From positions 1-43,898 of the forward strand of contig JANNQH010000088.1 in assembly GCA_031400655.1 (NCBI GenBank): a stretch of 43,898 nt of DNA. The letters run 5' to 3'. Each line of letters begins with the position of its first letter. Positions within the stretch are counted from its first letter, which is position 1. Below the pieces are notes generated by a model, which had not been told where the DNA came from, made no database searches, and worked only from the letters and a program-made list of their open reading frames with translations. The DNA is from Deltaproteobacteria bacterium (GTDB lineage: Bacteria; Myxococcota_A; UBA9160; UBA4427). This document shows, in pieces, positions 34,707-43,548 of the stretch. The translations under genes and the position numbers were made by a program.

Positions 34707-36242
34707 TTACTTCTTCCGGTGCTTCTTGCGCGAGTCTCGCTGCTGCTTTCGCTTGTTTTTCTTGGCCTTGGCATCCTGCGGCTTGCGGGGCGAGGCGCCG
34801 CGCGGGAGCCCGCCGAGGAGCATCGAAGGATCGAAGCCCATCGGTGACATCCCGCCGCGTCCGCCGCCGAGGGCGGGCGCGCCGCCGGGGAAGCCCCCGG
34901 GTAGACCGCCGCCCATGCGCGACAGCAGCCCACCCTGTTGCCCGAGCGAGCCCATCAGCTGGCGCATCTGCATGAAGCGGTCGACGAGCTGCTCGACGTC
35001 CGAGAGCTTGCGCCCGCTGCCGGCGGCGATCCGGCGCGCACGGCTCTTGTCGATCGACTTCGGCTGCGCGCGTTCCTTGCGGGTCATCGACTGGATCATC
35101 GACTCGACCTTGACGAGCTCGCCCTCGTCCACCTGGTCGGCGAATTGTCCGAACATCGGGAGCTTGCCGAGGACCTCCTTCAGCGGCCCCAGCTTCTGGA
35201 TCATGCGCATCTGCTTGAGCAGATCGTCGAGTCCGAAGCTGCCCTTCAGCATGCGCTCCGCGTCGGCCTCGGCTTCCTTCTCGTCGATGACCTCTTCGAA
35301 ATCCTTGACGAGGCCGACGATGTCGCCCATCCCGAGGATGCGGGAGGCGAGGCCTTCGGGTCGGAACTCCTCGAGCCGGTCGACGGTCTCGCCGGTGCCC
35401 AGGAACTTGATCGGGACGCCGGTGACCGCCTTCACCGAGAGCGCGGCGCCGCCTCGCGCATCGCCGTCGAGCTTCGTCAGGATCACACCGTCGAGGGCGA
35501 TCCGCGCTGCGAAGGCGCCGGCGACGTTCACTGCATCGCGCCCCATCAGGGCATCGCAGACGAGCAGCTTGTTCGCCGGTGCGACGGCTTCGACGATCTG
35601 TTCGAGCTCCAGCATCAGCTCGTCGTCGATGGCCAGACGGCCCGCCGTGTCGTAGATGATGGCGTCGAAGTGCTCATGGCGGGCGCGGGCGAAGGCCGCT
35701 GCACAGATCGCCGGCGGGAGCTCGCCTGGCGCGCCGCAGTGGACGGCCACGCCGTTCGCGGCGCCGAGGGTCTTCAGCTGATCGACGGCCGCAGGTCGAT
35801 ACACATCCGCCGCGACCAGCAGCGGCTTTCTGCCCTGCTTGCGCAGATACAGCGCCAGCTTCGCCGCGACCGTCGTCTTCCCGACGCCCTGCAGTCCCGC
35901 GAGCAGAACGGAGACGATGCCCGCACTGCGGGCGAGGGATGGGTCGACCGGCCCCATCAGCTCCACGAGCTCTTCCTCGCAGATCTTGATGAAGTGCTGG
36001 CCCGGCGAGACCCGCAGCAGGCGGCCGGCGCGGTCGCGGACCCAGGTCTCGACTTTGGCGCCGAGGCTTCGCTCCTTCACGCGGGCGAGGAACGAGCGGG
36101 TCGCCGCGAGGTCGACGTCCGCCTCGAGCAGCGACATGCGCACATCGCGCAGCGCTTCGTCGATGCTGGCTTCGGTGAGCTCGCGAACGCCGCGCAGCCG
36201 GTCGGTGGCGCTTTTGAAGCCCTGCGTCACGGTTTCGAGCAA
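34707..36242 (-). CDS. ffh: Signal recognition particle protein Ffh
   Basis: TTG start 5 nt after GGAGGA. NG domain GLQGVGKTT, DTAGR and TKLDGDARGG, a Met-rich M domain, and a Lys/Arg-rich C-terminal tail. Confidence 0.97.
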   Translation of the reverse strand: MLETVTQGFKSATDRLRGVRELTEASIDEALRDVRMSLLEADVDLAATRSFLARVKERSLGAKVETWVRDRAGRLLRVSPGQHFIKICEEELVELMGPVDPSLARSAGIVSVLLAGLQGVGKTTVAAKLALYLRKQGRKPLLVAADVYRPAAVDQLKTLGAANGVAVHCGAPGELPPAICAAAFARARHEHFDAIIYDTAGRLAIDDELMLELEQIVEAVAPANKLLVCDALMGRDAVNVAGAFAARIALDGVILTKLDGDARGGAALSVKAVTGVPIKFLGTGETVDRLEEFRPEGLASRILGMGDIVGLVKDFEEVIDEKEAEADAERMLKGSFGLDDLLKQMRMIQKLGPLKEVLGKLPMFGQFADQVDEGELVKVESMIQSMTRKERAQPKSIDKSRARRIAAGSGRKLSDVEQLVDRFMQMRQLMGSLGQQGGLLSRMGGGLPGGFPGGAPALGGGRGGMSPMGFDPSMLLGGLPRGASPRKPQDAKAKKNKRKQQRDSRKKHRKK

Positions 36243-36391
36243 GGGGGTCCTCCGAGGGAGGCGGAGCGTAGCAGCGCGCTTCGCGTTCGCGGGGGGAGGT
36301 CGCGGGTTCGGCTGCGCTTGCCGGCCCGGGAGGCGGCGGGCATGCTCAGTGGTCCATGTGCGAACCGCGCGGGCGAACCCGGGAGACGATC

Positions 36392-36613
36392 GTGAACATC
36401 GAGGTCGAAGCGCAGGTCACGGGCAATATCTGGAAGGTCGAGACGGTCGTGGGTGCGCAGGTCGAGGAAGAAGATGTCCTCCTGGTGATCGAGTCGATGA
36501 AGATGGAGATCCCCGTCGAGGCGCCCGCGGCCGGGCGCGTCGTGGAGATCCGTGTGCGCGAGGGACAGGCCGTCGAAGAGGGAGACGTGCTGGTCGTGCT
36601 CGCAGGGGAGTAG
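36392..36613 (+). CDS. Stand-alone biotinyl/lipoyl-carrier domain protein (BCCP-like)
   Basis: GTG 36392 lies 5 nt after GGGAGA. The 73-aa product has the biotinylation motif ESMKME within a typical barrel-sandwich hybrid sequence (GNIWKV...VLLVIESMKMEIPVEAPAAGRV). Confidence 0.8.
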   Translation: MNIEVEAQVTGNIWKVETVVGAQVEEEDVLLVIESMKMEIPVEAPAAGRVVEIRVREGQAVEEGDVLVVLAGE

Positions 36614-36616
36614 CCG

Positions 36617-37468
36617 ATGATCGGCGAGCGCCTCCGGGCGCGGCGACTTTCGCCGGGGGATGCGTCCGCGGCGCGCGAGCTTCTGCTCGCCGCTCGCGAC
36701 GAGAATCTCGTGCTGATCGATCAGGTCGAGCGGCTGGCCGACGGCGCTTACAGCGACGAGCCGCCGCCCCAGCTCCATGGCGCCTTCGCGGGCGATCGGC
36801 TCGCGGGCCTCGCCGCCCTGCGGCCCAGCCTCTCGCTCTCGCATGGCATGGACGAGGAGACGATGGCGGTGCTGCGGCCCGCGCTGCTGCGGGTGCCGAG
36901 CGGGCTTTTGAAATGCGAGCGGCGCATGGTCGCATCCCTCTGGTCACTTCTCGCCCACGCGGGCCGCGAGGCGATCATCGACCGCGTCGAGATCGCCTAT
37001 CGACTGGCGCCGCGCACGCTGGCTGCCGAGGATGCGTCGCTTCCCGGTGTCGCGCGCGCTGCCCGGAAGAGCGATCTGGCCGACCTCGTGCACGCCGCCC
37101 GCGCGAGCCTGTGGGAGGAGCAGCGGCCCGACCCCGCCGAGACGGATCCGGTCGGCTTCGCGCGCTGGGTCGAGAGCCGCATAGCACGGGCGCGCGTGGT
37201 GTGCGTCGATGGCCGCGTCGTCTTCGTGGCGTATGCCGACGTCCGGCGTGCCCAGGGTTGGCTGATCCAGGGGGTCTATACGTGGCCCGACGTGCGCCGC
37301 CTGGGCTATGCGCGCAAGGGCATGGACGCGCTTCTGCGCGAGGCCTTCGCGGCGGGGGCGTCCCACGTCCAGCTCGCCGTCGTCGCGGGCAACGAGCGTG
37401 CCTCGCAGCTCTACCGGAAGCTCGGATTCGAGGCCTTCCTCGAGCTTCGGACGATCCTGTTCCACTGA
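36617..37468 (+). CDS. GNAT-family N-acetyltransferase (two-lobed)
   Basis: The C-terminal half carries an acetyl-CoA-binding-like RRLGYARKGMDALL and NERASQLYRKLGF. It starts 3 nt after the BCCP-like stop. Confidence 0.7.
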   Translation: MIGERLRARRLSPGDASAARELLLAARDENLVLIDQVERLADGAYSDEPPPQLHGAFAGDRLAGLAALRPSLSLSHGMDEETMAVLRPALLRVPSGLLKCERRMVASLWSLLAHAGREAIIDRVEIAYRLAPRTLAAEDASLPGVARAARKSDLADLVHAARASLWEEQRPDPAETDPVGFARWVESRIARARVVCVDGRVVFVAYADVRRAQGWLIQGVYTWPDVRRLGYARKGMDALLREAFAAGASHVQLAVVAGNERASQLYRKLGFEAFLELRTILFH

Positions 37469-37584
37469 GCGCTCGGGCCGGCTGGCCGCGTTCGAGTCCG
37501 AGGGCGGGGCCGCCGGATCGTTGATTCCGGCCGCTGCCGTCGGCTAGCGTCGAACGTCGAAGAAGAATCATGGAGGAATCGGAC

Positions 37585-38448
37585 ATGGGCTTGCTGGATG
37601 GAAAAATTGCAGTCGTCACCGGCGCAGGCGGTGGGCTCGGACGAGAGCATGTGCTGGCGCTCGCGGCAGAAGGCGCGTCCGTCGTCGTCAATGATCTCGG
37701 CGGATCCCGGGACGGCTCTGGTGCGGGCTCCGCGATGGCGGACCAGGTCGTGGCGCAGGTCCGGAAAGCCGGCGGCGAGGCGGTCGCCAACTACGACAAC
37801 GTCTCGACGGTCGCTGGCGGCGAGAACATCCTGAAGTCCGCCCTCGCGGCATTCGGTCGAGTCGACATCCTGGTCAACAACGCGGGCATCCTGCGCGACA
37901 AGAGCTTCGCGAATACGACCGAGGATCTCTGGGATCCGGTGATCGCAGTCCATCTCAAGGGCACCTACTGCGTCACGCGGCCGATCTTTCTCCACATGAA
38001 GGAGCGCGGCCAGGGCGGTGTCATCGTCAACACGTCGTCGACGAGCGGACTCAACGGGAACTTCGGCCAGTGCAACTACGGCGCGGCCAAGGCGGGCATC
38101 TTCGGCTTCACCCGCTGCCTTGCCCTCGAAGGCCAGCGCTACCAGATCCGTTGCCACATCCTGGCCCCCGTCGCCCACACGCGCCTCACGGAGGATCTGC
38201 CGGGCTTCAGCAATGAGGACATGGCTGCGAAATTCGACCCGAAGCTGGTTTCGCCGCTCATCGTGTATCTCTCGAGCGATCTCGCGAAGGATCTGACGGG
38301 CAAGGTGTTCCTCGCCGGCGGTGGACAGATCGCCGAGATGCGAATGGTGACGGCGCCCGGCATCAAGAAGGAGACCGACGGCGGCCTCTGGACCGCGGCG
38401 GAGATCGCCGCGAAGATGACGGCGGGGGAGATCCTGCTGCCGGATTAG
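37585..38448 (+). CDS. Short-chain dehydrogenase/reductase (resembles the hydroxyacyl-CoA dehydrogenase domain of multifunctional enzyme 2)
   Basis: ATG 37585 lies 7 nt after GGAGGA. Motifs: cofactor VTGAGGGLG, NNAG, and catalytic YGAAK. Confidence 0.9.
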   Translation: MGLLDGKIAVVTGAGGGLGREHVLALAAEGASVVVNDLGGSRDGSGAGSAMADQVVAQVRKAGGEAVANYDNVSTVAGGENILKSALAAFGRVDILVNNAGILRDKSFANTTEDLWDPVIAVHLKGTYCVTRPIFLHMKERGQGGVIVNTSSTSGLNGNFGQCNYGAAKAGIFGFTRCLALEGQRYQIRCHILAPVAHTRLTEDLPGFSNEDMAAKFDPKLVSPLIVYLSSDLAKDLTGKVFLAGGGQIAEMRMVTAPGIKKETDGGLWTAAEIAAKMTAGEILLPD

Positions 38449-38464
38449 TCGCGCGCGTTGCTTC

Positions 38465-41221
38465 GTGCTGCGGTCGCCGGTACCTTCGCGCTCCATGCCG
38501 AGTGGTGAGTCCGGTGGTCAGCCCGGTAGTGAGTCCAGTGGTGAGCCGAGCGGTGAGCCCGAGGTCGATTTCGACGTCGTGTCCGGCGATCGAGACGCTC
38601 CGCTCGACCGCCATGCGCTCCGCTCGGCGATGGCGCGCCGTTTCAACTTCGCGTTTCGCTGGTTCGAAAAGCGCTTTTTCGGCCACTTCTCTCTCGATCC
38701 CGACGTGGTTGCGCGACTGAAGGTCCTGGAGGCCCGGGGCAGCGTCATCTACGTGATGCGCTATTCGAGCCGCCTCGACTACTTCCTCTTCAACGTCCTC
38801 TTCCTCCGCCACAGGCTTCGGCTGTCGGCCTTCGCCAACGCGATCAGCTTCTACTACTACCGTCCGATTCTCGAGCTGATCTCGATCGGACTCAGGCTTC
38901 CCCGCGGCAAGCCGCGCGAGGTCGAGCACAGCGAGGACTGCGTCTCGATCCGGAACACGGTCGGGAGTCGCCGCAGCGCCTTCCTCTTCCTGCGGACCCA
39001 GCTGATCAAGACCTTCCTGCGCGGCCGCAAGACCGAAAAGCGCCGTGACGAGCTCGATCTGATCGGTGAGGTCGTCGGGGCGGTTGCGAGGGAGGGCGGG
39101 GAGCACGAGGTCTTCCTCGTCCCGCTCGCGATCTTCTGGACCAAGGGACCGCGGGCCGAAAACCGCTTCCTGAACGTCGACTACGGCTCGCTCACGCGCC
39201 CTTCGGATTTCGCCAAGGTCGCGCGTTTCGTCGTGACCTATCGCAGCCTCTCGGTGAAGGTTGGTGCCGCCATCGACGTTGCGGCCTTCGTGAAGAGCGA
39301 CGGCGAGGCGGACGTCGCCCGCGCCGCCCGCAAGATCCGGCGCGCGATCCTGATCCATCTCTACCGCGAGGAGAAGGTCGTCGAGGGACCGGCGCTGCGG
39401 CCGCGCTGGCGCGTGCTGCGCGAAGTGCTCTCGGATCCGGGACTGCGGGCGGCGATGCAGTTGCGGGCGTCCGGGGGTGAAAGCTCGCCCGAGAAGGTCG
39501 AGCGGGAGGTCGAAGCGATCTTCCGCGAGATCTCCGCCAACATGAGCTCCACCTGGCTTGCCTTCGGCGCCGCGGTGGTCGGCGGGATCTTGCGGCGACT
39601 CTTCGCCTCGGTCGACACCCACCGCCTCGCGGAGATCACCGAAGACGCGAAGCAGAACCCGATCGTGCTGGTCCCGAGCCATCGCTCGTATTTCGATTTC
39701 CTGATCCTCTCCTATCTCTTCTACCAGAACTACCTCGTCCCGCCTCACATCGCGGCCCGCGAGAACATGGCCTTCGGCCCCTTCGGATTCCTGTTTCGAC
39801 ACATGGGTGCCTTCTTCCTGCGTCGCTCCTTCGACGACCCGCTCTACAAGGAGGTCTTCCGCGCCTACGTCACCTATCTCGTGCGCGAGGGTCTGACCCA
39901 GGAATTCTTCATCGAGGGCGGGCGTTCGCGCAGTGGCAAGATCCTCGCGCCGCGCCTCGGGATGCTCGCCTGGGACGTCGACGCCTTTCTCGAGAGTCGA
40001 CGGCGCGATCTCTTCTTCGTGCCGATCGCGATCAACTACGAACGCCTGGTCGAGGAATCGGGGATGGTCGGCGAGCTCGGTGGAGGAAAGAAAACCGAGG
40101 AGAGCGTGATCGGACTGTTGCGAGCGCACAAATATCTCCAGCGCCGATTTGGATCCGTCCACGTGAGCTTCGGCGAGCCGATCTCCCTGGCAGGAGCCCT
40201 CGGGCGCAGTCGCCCGGCCTTCGAGGCCCTCGTGCGCGGCCAAGTCGAGGAGCCGGAGGTGCGCGCGGAGCTCGAGGCGCGCAAGCGCGAGTTCGTGAGC
40301 GCGCTCGCCCATTCGCTCGTCGAGCGGATCGGTCTCGCGATGGTGGCGAACGCGACTTCGGTGGCGGCGCTTGTGCTGCTCGGCGGGAATCGAACGGGGA
40401 TGTTGCGGGACGAGCTCGTCGCCGGTGTGCGGGAGTCGGTCGAGCTGTTGCGGCTCGAGGGCGTGCGGCTCACGCAGGCCTTCGAGCACGATCTGCCCGA
40501 GCTGCGCGAGTCGATCGCGTTCCTCGAGCGCAGCGAGCTCCTCCGCTCGCGCCTCGACCACCGCGGGGAGATCGTCTTCTTCGAGGAGGAGAGCCGCCAT
40601 GCCCTCGACATCTACCGCAACGGGGTCGCGCATTTCTTCGTGATTCCGAGCATCCTCGCGCGAGCGGTCCTGCTGGGCCTCGATGGCTCGCGCGTCGCCG
40701 AGACCCTCGAGCTCTGGGTCGATCTCTTCTACCGCGAGTACTTCGGATCGCGGGAGCTCGTGATCACCCGGGGCGAAGCGGTGCTCGAGCATTTCGAGAG
40801 TGCGGGCTTCGTCGAACGCCAGGACGGCGTCTGGCGGGCGACGCGGCGTGGGCGACGACCGCTTTCGACCTGGGCGGAGCAGACGCGTGGCGTGGTCGAG
40901 GCGTACGAGACGCTCGTGCGGGTGCTGCTCGCGTGGATGCAGACCGCACCGAGCGGTGTGCTCCGGAGCGGACTTCTGCGCGAATCCCGGCTCGCGTTCG
41001 ACAACGCGCGGCTGCTCGGCCGCGTACGAAGGCTCGAGGTCCAGGGCGACGCGACATTCGACAACGCGCTTGCCTGGCTCGTCGGCCGCGGAATCCTGGT
41101 GGCAGAATCGTTCAAGACCGGGCGTCGCGGTGCCCAGGACACTCGCTATGCCCGTGGGGAGAAGTGGCACGAGCTCGAGTCGATCGCCGCGATTCTGGCG
41201 GCCGCGCTACGAGATGGGTAG
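38465..41221 (+). CDS. plsB: Glycerol-3-phosphate acyltransferase PlsB
   Basis: About 900 aa with acyltransferase motif I HRSYFD, AFGPFGFLFRHMGAFFLRR, and motif III FIEGGRSRSGK. The start is uncertain (GTG 38465 or ATG 38495). Confidence 0.9.
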   Translation: MLRSPVPSRSMPSGESGGQPGSESSGEPSGEPEVDFDVVSGDRDAPLDRHALRSAMARRFNFAFRWFEKRFFGHFSLDPDVVARLKVLEARGSVIYVMRYSSRLDYFLFNVLFLRHRLRLSAFANAISFYYYRPILELISIGLRLPRGKPREVEHSEDCVSIRNTVGSRRSAFLFLRTQLIKTFLRGRKTEKRRDELDLIGEVVGAVAREGGEHEVFLVPLAIFWTKGPRAENRFLNVDYGSLTRPSDFAKVARFVVTYRSLSVKVGAAIDVAAFVKSDGEADVARAARKIRRAILIHLYREEKVVEGPALRPRWRVLREVLSDPGLRAAMQLRASGGESSPEKVEREVEAIFREISANMSSTWLAFGAAVVGGILRRLFASVDTHRLAEITEDAKQNPIVLVPSHRSYFDFLILSYLFYQNYLVPPHIAARENMAFGPFGFLFRHMGAFFLRRSFDDPLYKEVFRAYVTYLVREGLTQEFFIEGGRSRSGKILAPRLGMLAWDVDAFLESRRRDLFFVPIAINYERLVEESGMVGELGGGKKTEESVIGLLRAHKYLQRRFGSVHVSFGEPISLAGALGRSRPAFEALVRGQVEEPEVRAELEARKREFVSALAHSLVERIGLAMVANATSVAALVLLGGNRTGMLRDELVAGVRESVELLRLEGVRLTQAFEHDLPELRESIAFLERSELLRSRLDHRGEIVFFEEESRHALDIYRNGVAHFFVIPSILARAVLLGLDGSRVAETLELWVDLFYREYFGSRELVITRGEAVLEHFESAGFVERQDGVWRATRRGRRPLSTWAEQTRGVVEAYETLVRVLLAWMQTAPSGVLRSGLLRESRLAFDNARLLGRVRRLEVQGDATFDNALAWLVGRGILVAESFKTGRRGAQDTRYARGEKWHELESIAAILAAALRDG
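38504..38563 (+). repeat. Five imperfect 12-nt tandem repeats at the 5' end of plsB
   Basis: ggtgagtccggt ggtcagcccggt agtgagtccagt ggtgagccgagc ggtgagcccgag, encoding GESG GQPG SESS GEPS GEPE. Confidence 0.8.
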
Positions 41222-41341
41222 CTTCGGCGCCCCTGCCAGACGGACCCTTCCGGACGAATGCGCTCACGCCGTCCGCGTCGCCGGCCTCACTCGAATGAAT
41301 GAACGAATCAATCAATGCATGTCGCCCGAAGGAATGACGCG

Positions 41342-41743
41342 ATGAGCTCCGACAATCTCGATCCGCTCTCGCTCGTCGATTTCGAGAAAGGCGGCGGTCT
41401 CGTGACGGCGATCGCCCAGGACGACGCGACGGGCGAAGTCCTGATGGTCGCCTACATGAATGCCGAGTCGCTTCGTAGAACTCTCGAGCAGCGCGAGGTC
41501 GTCTACTGGAGCCGCAGCCGAGCGAAGCTCTGGCACAAGGGCGAGGAGAGTGGAAACGTCCAGAAGCTTAAGGGGCTCTACGTCGACTGCGACGGCGACG
41601 CGCTGGTGCTGCGCGTCGAGCAGGTGGGCGGGGCCGCCTGTCACACGGGCAAACGCAACTGCTTCTTCCGCCGCATCGACGGAGGCCGCGTCGAGGACGT
41701 CGGCGTCCAGGTCTTCGATCCCGCAGAGGTCTACAAGAAGTGA
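41342..41743 (+). CDS. hisI: Phosphoribosyl-AMP cyclohydrolase HisI (monofunctional)
   Basis: [40 protein letters not shown], and [23 protein letters not shown]. The ATG at 41342 is preceded by AAGGA; the ATG at 41315 is an alternative. Confidence 0.9.
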   Translation: MSSDNLDPLSLVDFEKGGGLVTAIAQDDATGEVLMVAYMNAESLRRTLEQREVVYWSRSRAKLWHKGEESGNVQKLKGLYVDCDGDALVLRVEQVGGAACHTGKRNCFFRRIDGGRVEDVGVQVFDPAEVYKK

Positions 41744-42624
41744 GCGACGCTCGAAACTGTCTTCGCCTGGGATTGCCGAAGGGAAGTCTCCAGGAGACCA
41801 CGCTCTCGCTCTTCGCCAAGGCGGGCTATGCGATCCGCGTCGCGGGACGCTCCTACTATCCGTCGATCGACGATCCCGAGATCGAGTGCATCCTGATCCG
41901 GCCCCAGGAAATGGCGCGTTACGTCGGGCAGGGTGTGCTCGACTGCGGGATCACCGGCCTCGACTGGGCAATCGAGACCGGTGCCGACTATGTCGAGCTC
42001 GCCGACCTGCGCGCGCCGTGGCCGAATTATGGCCCGGTCCGCTGGGTGCTCGCGGTGAAGGACGATTCCCCGTTCCGGTCCCCGAAAGATCTCGCAGGCA
42101 AGCGCATCGCGACCGAGGTCATCGGCATGACCCAGCGCTATTTCGAGCGCCACGGGGTGTCTGTGCAGCTGGAGTTCTCGTGGGGCGCGACGGAGGTCAA
42201 GCCGCCGGTGCTCGCCGACGCGATCGTCGACGTGACGGAGACGGGCTCGAGCCTGCGCGCCAATCAGCTGCGCGTCCTCGACGTCCTGCAGGAGAGCACG
42301 CCGCGCCTGATCGCCCACCGCCCCTCGCTCGCCGATCCCTGGAAGCGCGGAAAGCTCGAACGCCTGAAGATGCTGCTCGGCGGCGCGATCGCCGCCGCGA
42401 CCCGGGTCGGGCTCTCGATGAACGTGCGCAAGGAGCAGATGAAGGACGTGATCGCACTGCTGCCGGATGCAGGGACGCCCACGATCTCGCCGCTGGCCGA
42501 TGAGAGCTGGGTCGACATCATGGTCGTCGTCCAGGAATCCTTCGTGCGCGACCTGCTGCCCCGGCTCCACGAAGCTGGTGCCCGCGGTATCATCGAGATG
42601 CCGCTCAACAAGATCATCGACTAG
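41740..42624 (+). CDS. hisG: ATP phosphoribosyltransferase HisG (long form with a C-terminal regulatory domain)
   Basis: GTG overlaps the hisI stop (GTGA). [12 protein letters not shown] and [16 protein letters not shown] are present. The 294-aa length indicates the long form. Confidence 0.93.
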   Translation: MSDARNCLRLGLPKGSLQETTLSLFAKAGYAIRVAGRSYYPSIDDPEIECILIRPQEMARYVGQGVLDCGITGLDWAIETGADYVELADLRAPWPNYGPVRWVLAVKDDSPFRSPKDLAGKRIATEVIGMTQRYFERHGVSVQLEFSWGATEVKPPVLADAIVDVTETGSSLRANQLRVLDVLQESTPRLIAHRPSLADPWKRGKLERLKMLLGGAIAAATRVGLSMNVRKEQMKDVIALLPDAGTPTISPLADESWVDIMVVVQESFVRDLLPRLHEAGARGIIEMPLNKIID

Positions 42625-42625
42625 C

Positions 42626-43249
42626 ATGTCGAGCCCCGTGCGCCGAGAGCGGACACCCGTCTGGGAGCGCGGCCGGGCGGGGCGTCTGCTCGTCGGCCTG
42701 CTCGATCATGCGCGCACCGTCTGGTGGGGCCTCGTTTCCCCGCGCATGAACGAATCGCTTCCCCTGGTGATCGTGCAGGCGGCGATCCTGCGCCCCGCGG
42801 CGGCGACGGGCTCCGCGGCGGGCGAAGAGGTGCTGCTCTCGGTCCGGCGAGAGCTCTTCGGCTGGGAGCTGCCGGGCGGGACACCGCTTCCCGGCGAGTC
42901 CCTCGAGTCCGCCCTCGCGCGCGAGGTGCGGGAGGAAACCGGGCTCGCGGTCGAGATCGAGGCGGAGGTCGGTCGCTGGCTGCGTCACGGCTTCCGGCCG
43001 CACACAGCGATCGTGTACCGCTGCCGCGTGATCGGTGGGCGCGAGCTGCCCTCCGACGAGACGCCGAAGCTCGGCTGGTTTCCCGCCGCCGAGCCCCCCG
43101 CGAGCCTCTTCCCCTGGTTCCGCGAGCCGCTAATCCAGGCGCTCCGGCGCGGGGCTGTGCCCGTCTCGGTCGAGGAGTGGCAGGGCGTCGCGGCTGTGTG
43201 GAGTGGACTCCGGATCGACCTGGCGCTGCGCTGGCGCGGCCTCGACTGA
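42626..43249 (+). CDS. NUDIX hydrolase
   Basis: ATG 42626 lies 1 nt after the hisG stop. The NUDIX box is GGTPLPGESLESALAREVREETGL. A later start (MNESLP) is possible. Confidence 0.8.
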   Translation: MSSPVRRERTPVWERGRAGRLLVGLLDHARTVWWGLVSPRMNESLPLVIVQAAILRPAAATGSAAGEEVLLSVRRELFGWELPGGTPLPGESLESALAREVREETGLAVEIEAEVGRWLRHGFRPHTAIVYRCRVIGGRELPSDETPKLGWFPAAEPPASLFPWFREPLIQALRRGAVPVSVEEWQGVAAVWSGLRIDLALRWRGLD

Positions 43250-43548
43250 GCTCCGGGTCGCTCCCAGGCGCTTGCTCCTCGCCGCGTGCGCAGGCGGTGG
43301 GCATAACACGTGCCGGAGAGACGCCGACCGAGCGTCTCCGTGCCGAGTGAAAACCTTGGAAGAGCGCAGCTCTCGAGCGATGTCTGCGCATTCGCTGCCG
43401 CACAAATTCACACGCCGCGCGCGTCGCGAACCCGCTCGCCTCTTGCACCTACCAGCGCCAGGACCCCCGTCGCAGCAGCCCCGCCGGCCTTGCGGCGTCG
43501 GGGCTCTCGCGATCGCGACCCGCCGCTCGGGTCGTCTGGAGCCCGAAG

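Noticed and set aside
34072-36395. 527-aa and 485-aa plus-strand ORFs (34072..35655 and 34938..36395)
   Set aside because: They are antisense to ffh and the start of the MltD-like gene. ffh is unambiguous, and these translations have no motifs.
38363-41170. 935-aa ORF on the minus strand, the longest ORF in the track
   Set aside because: It is exactly antisense to plsB, whose product has clear acyltransferase motifs. The antisense translation is Arg/Asp/Glu/Ala/Pro-rich with no recognisable domain. This is a typical high-GC shadow ORF, in which stop codons are rare on the opposite strand.
41293-41345. Possible histidine-operon leader peptide or attenuator upstream of hisI (small frame [16 protein letters not shown])
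   Set aside because: There is no run of His codons and no terminator/antiterminator pair. The frame is just the tail of a shadow ORF.
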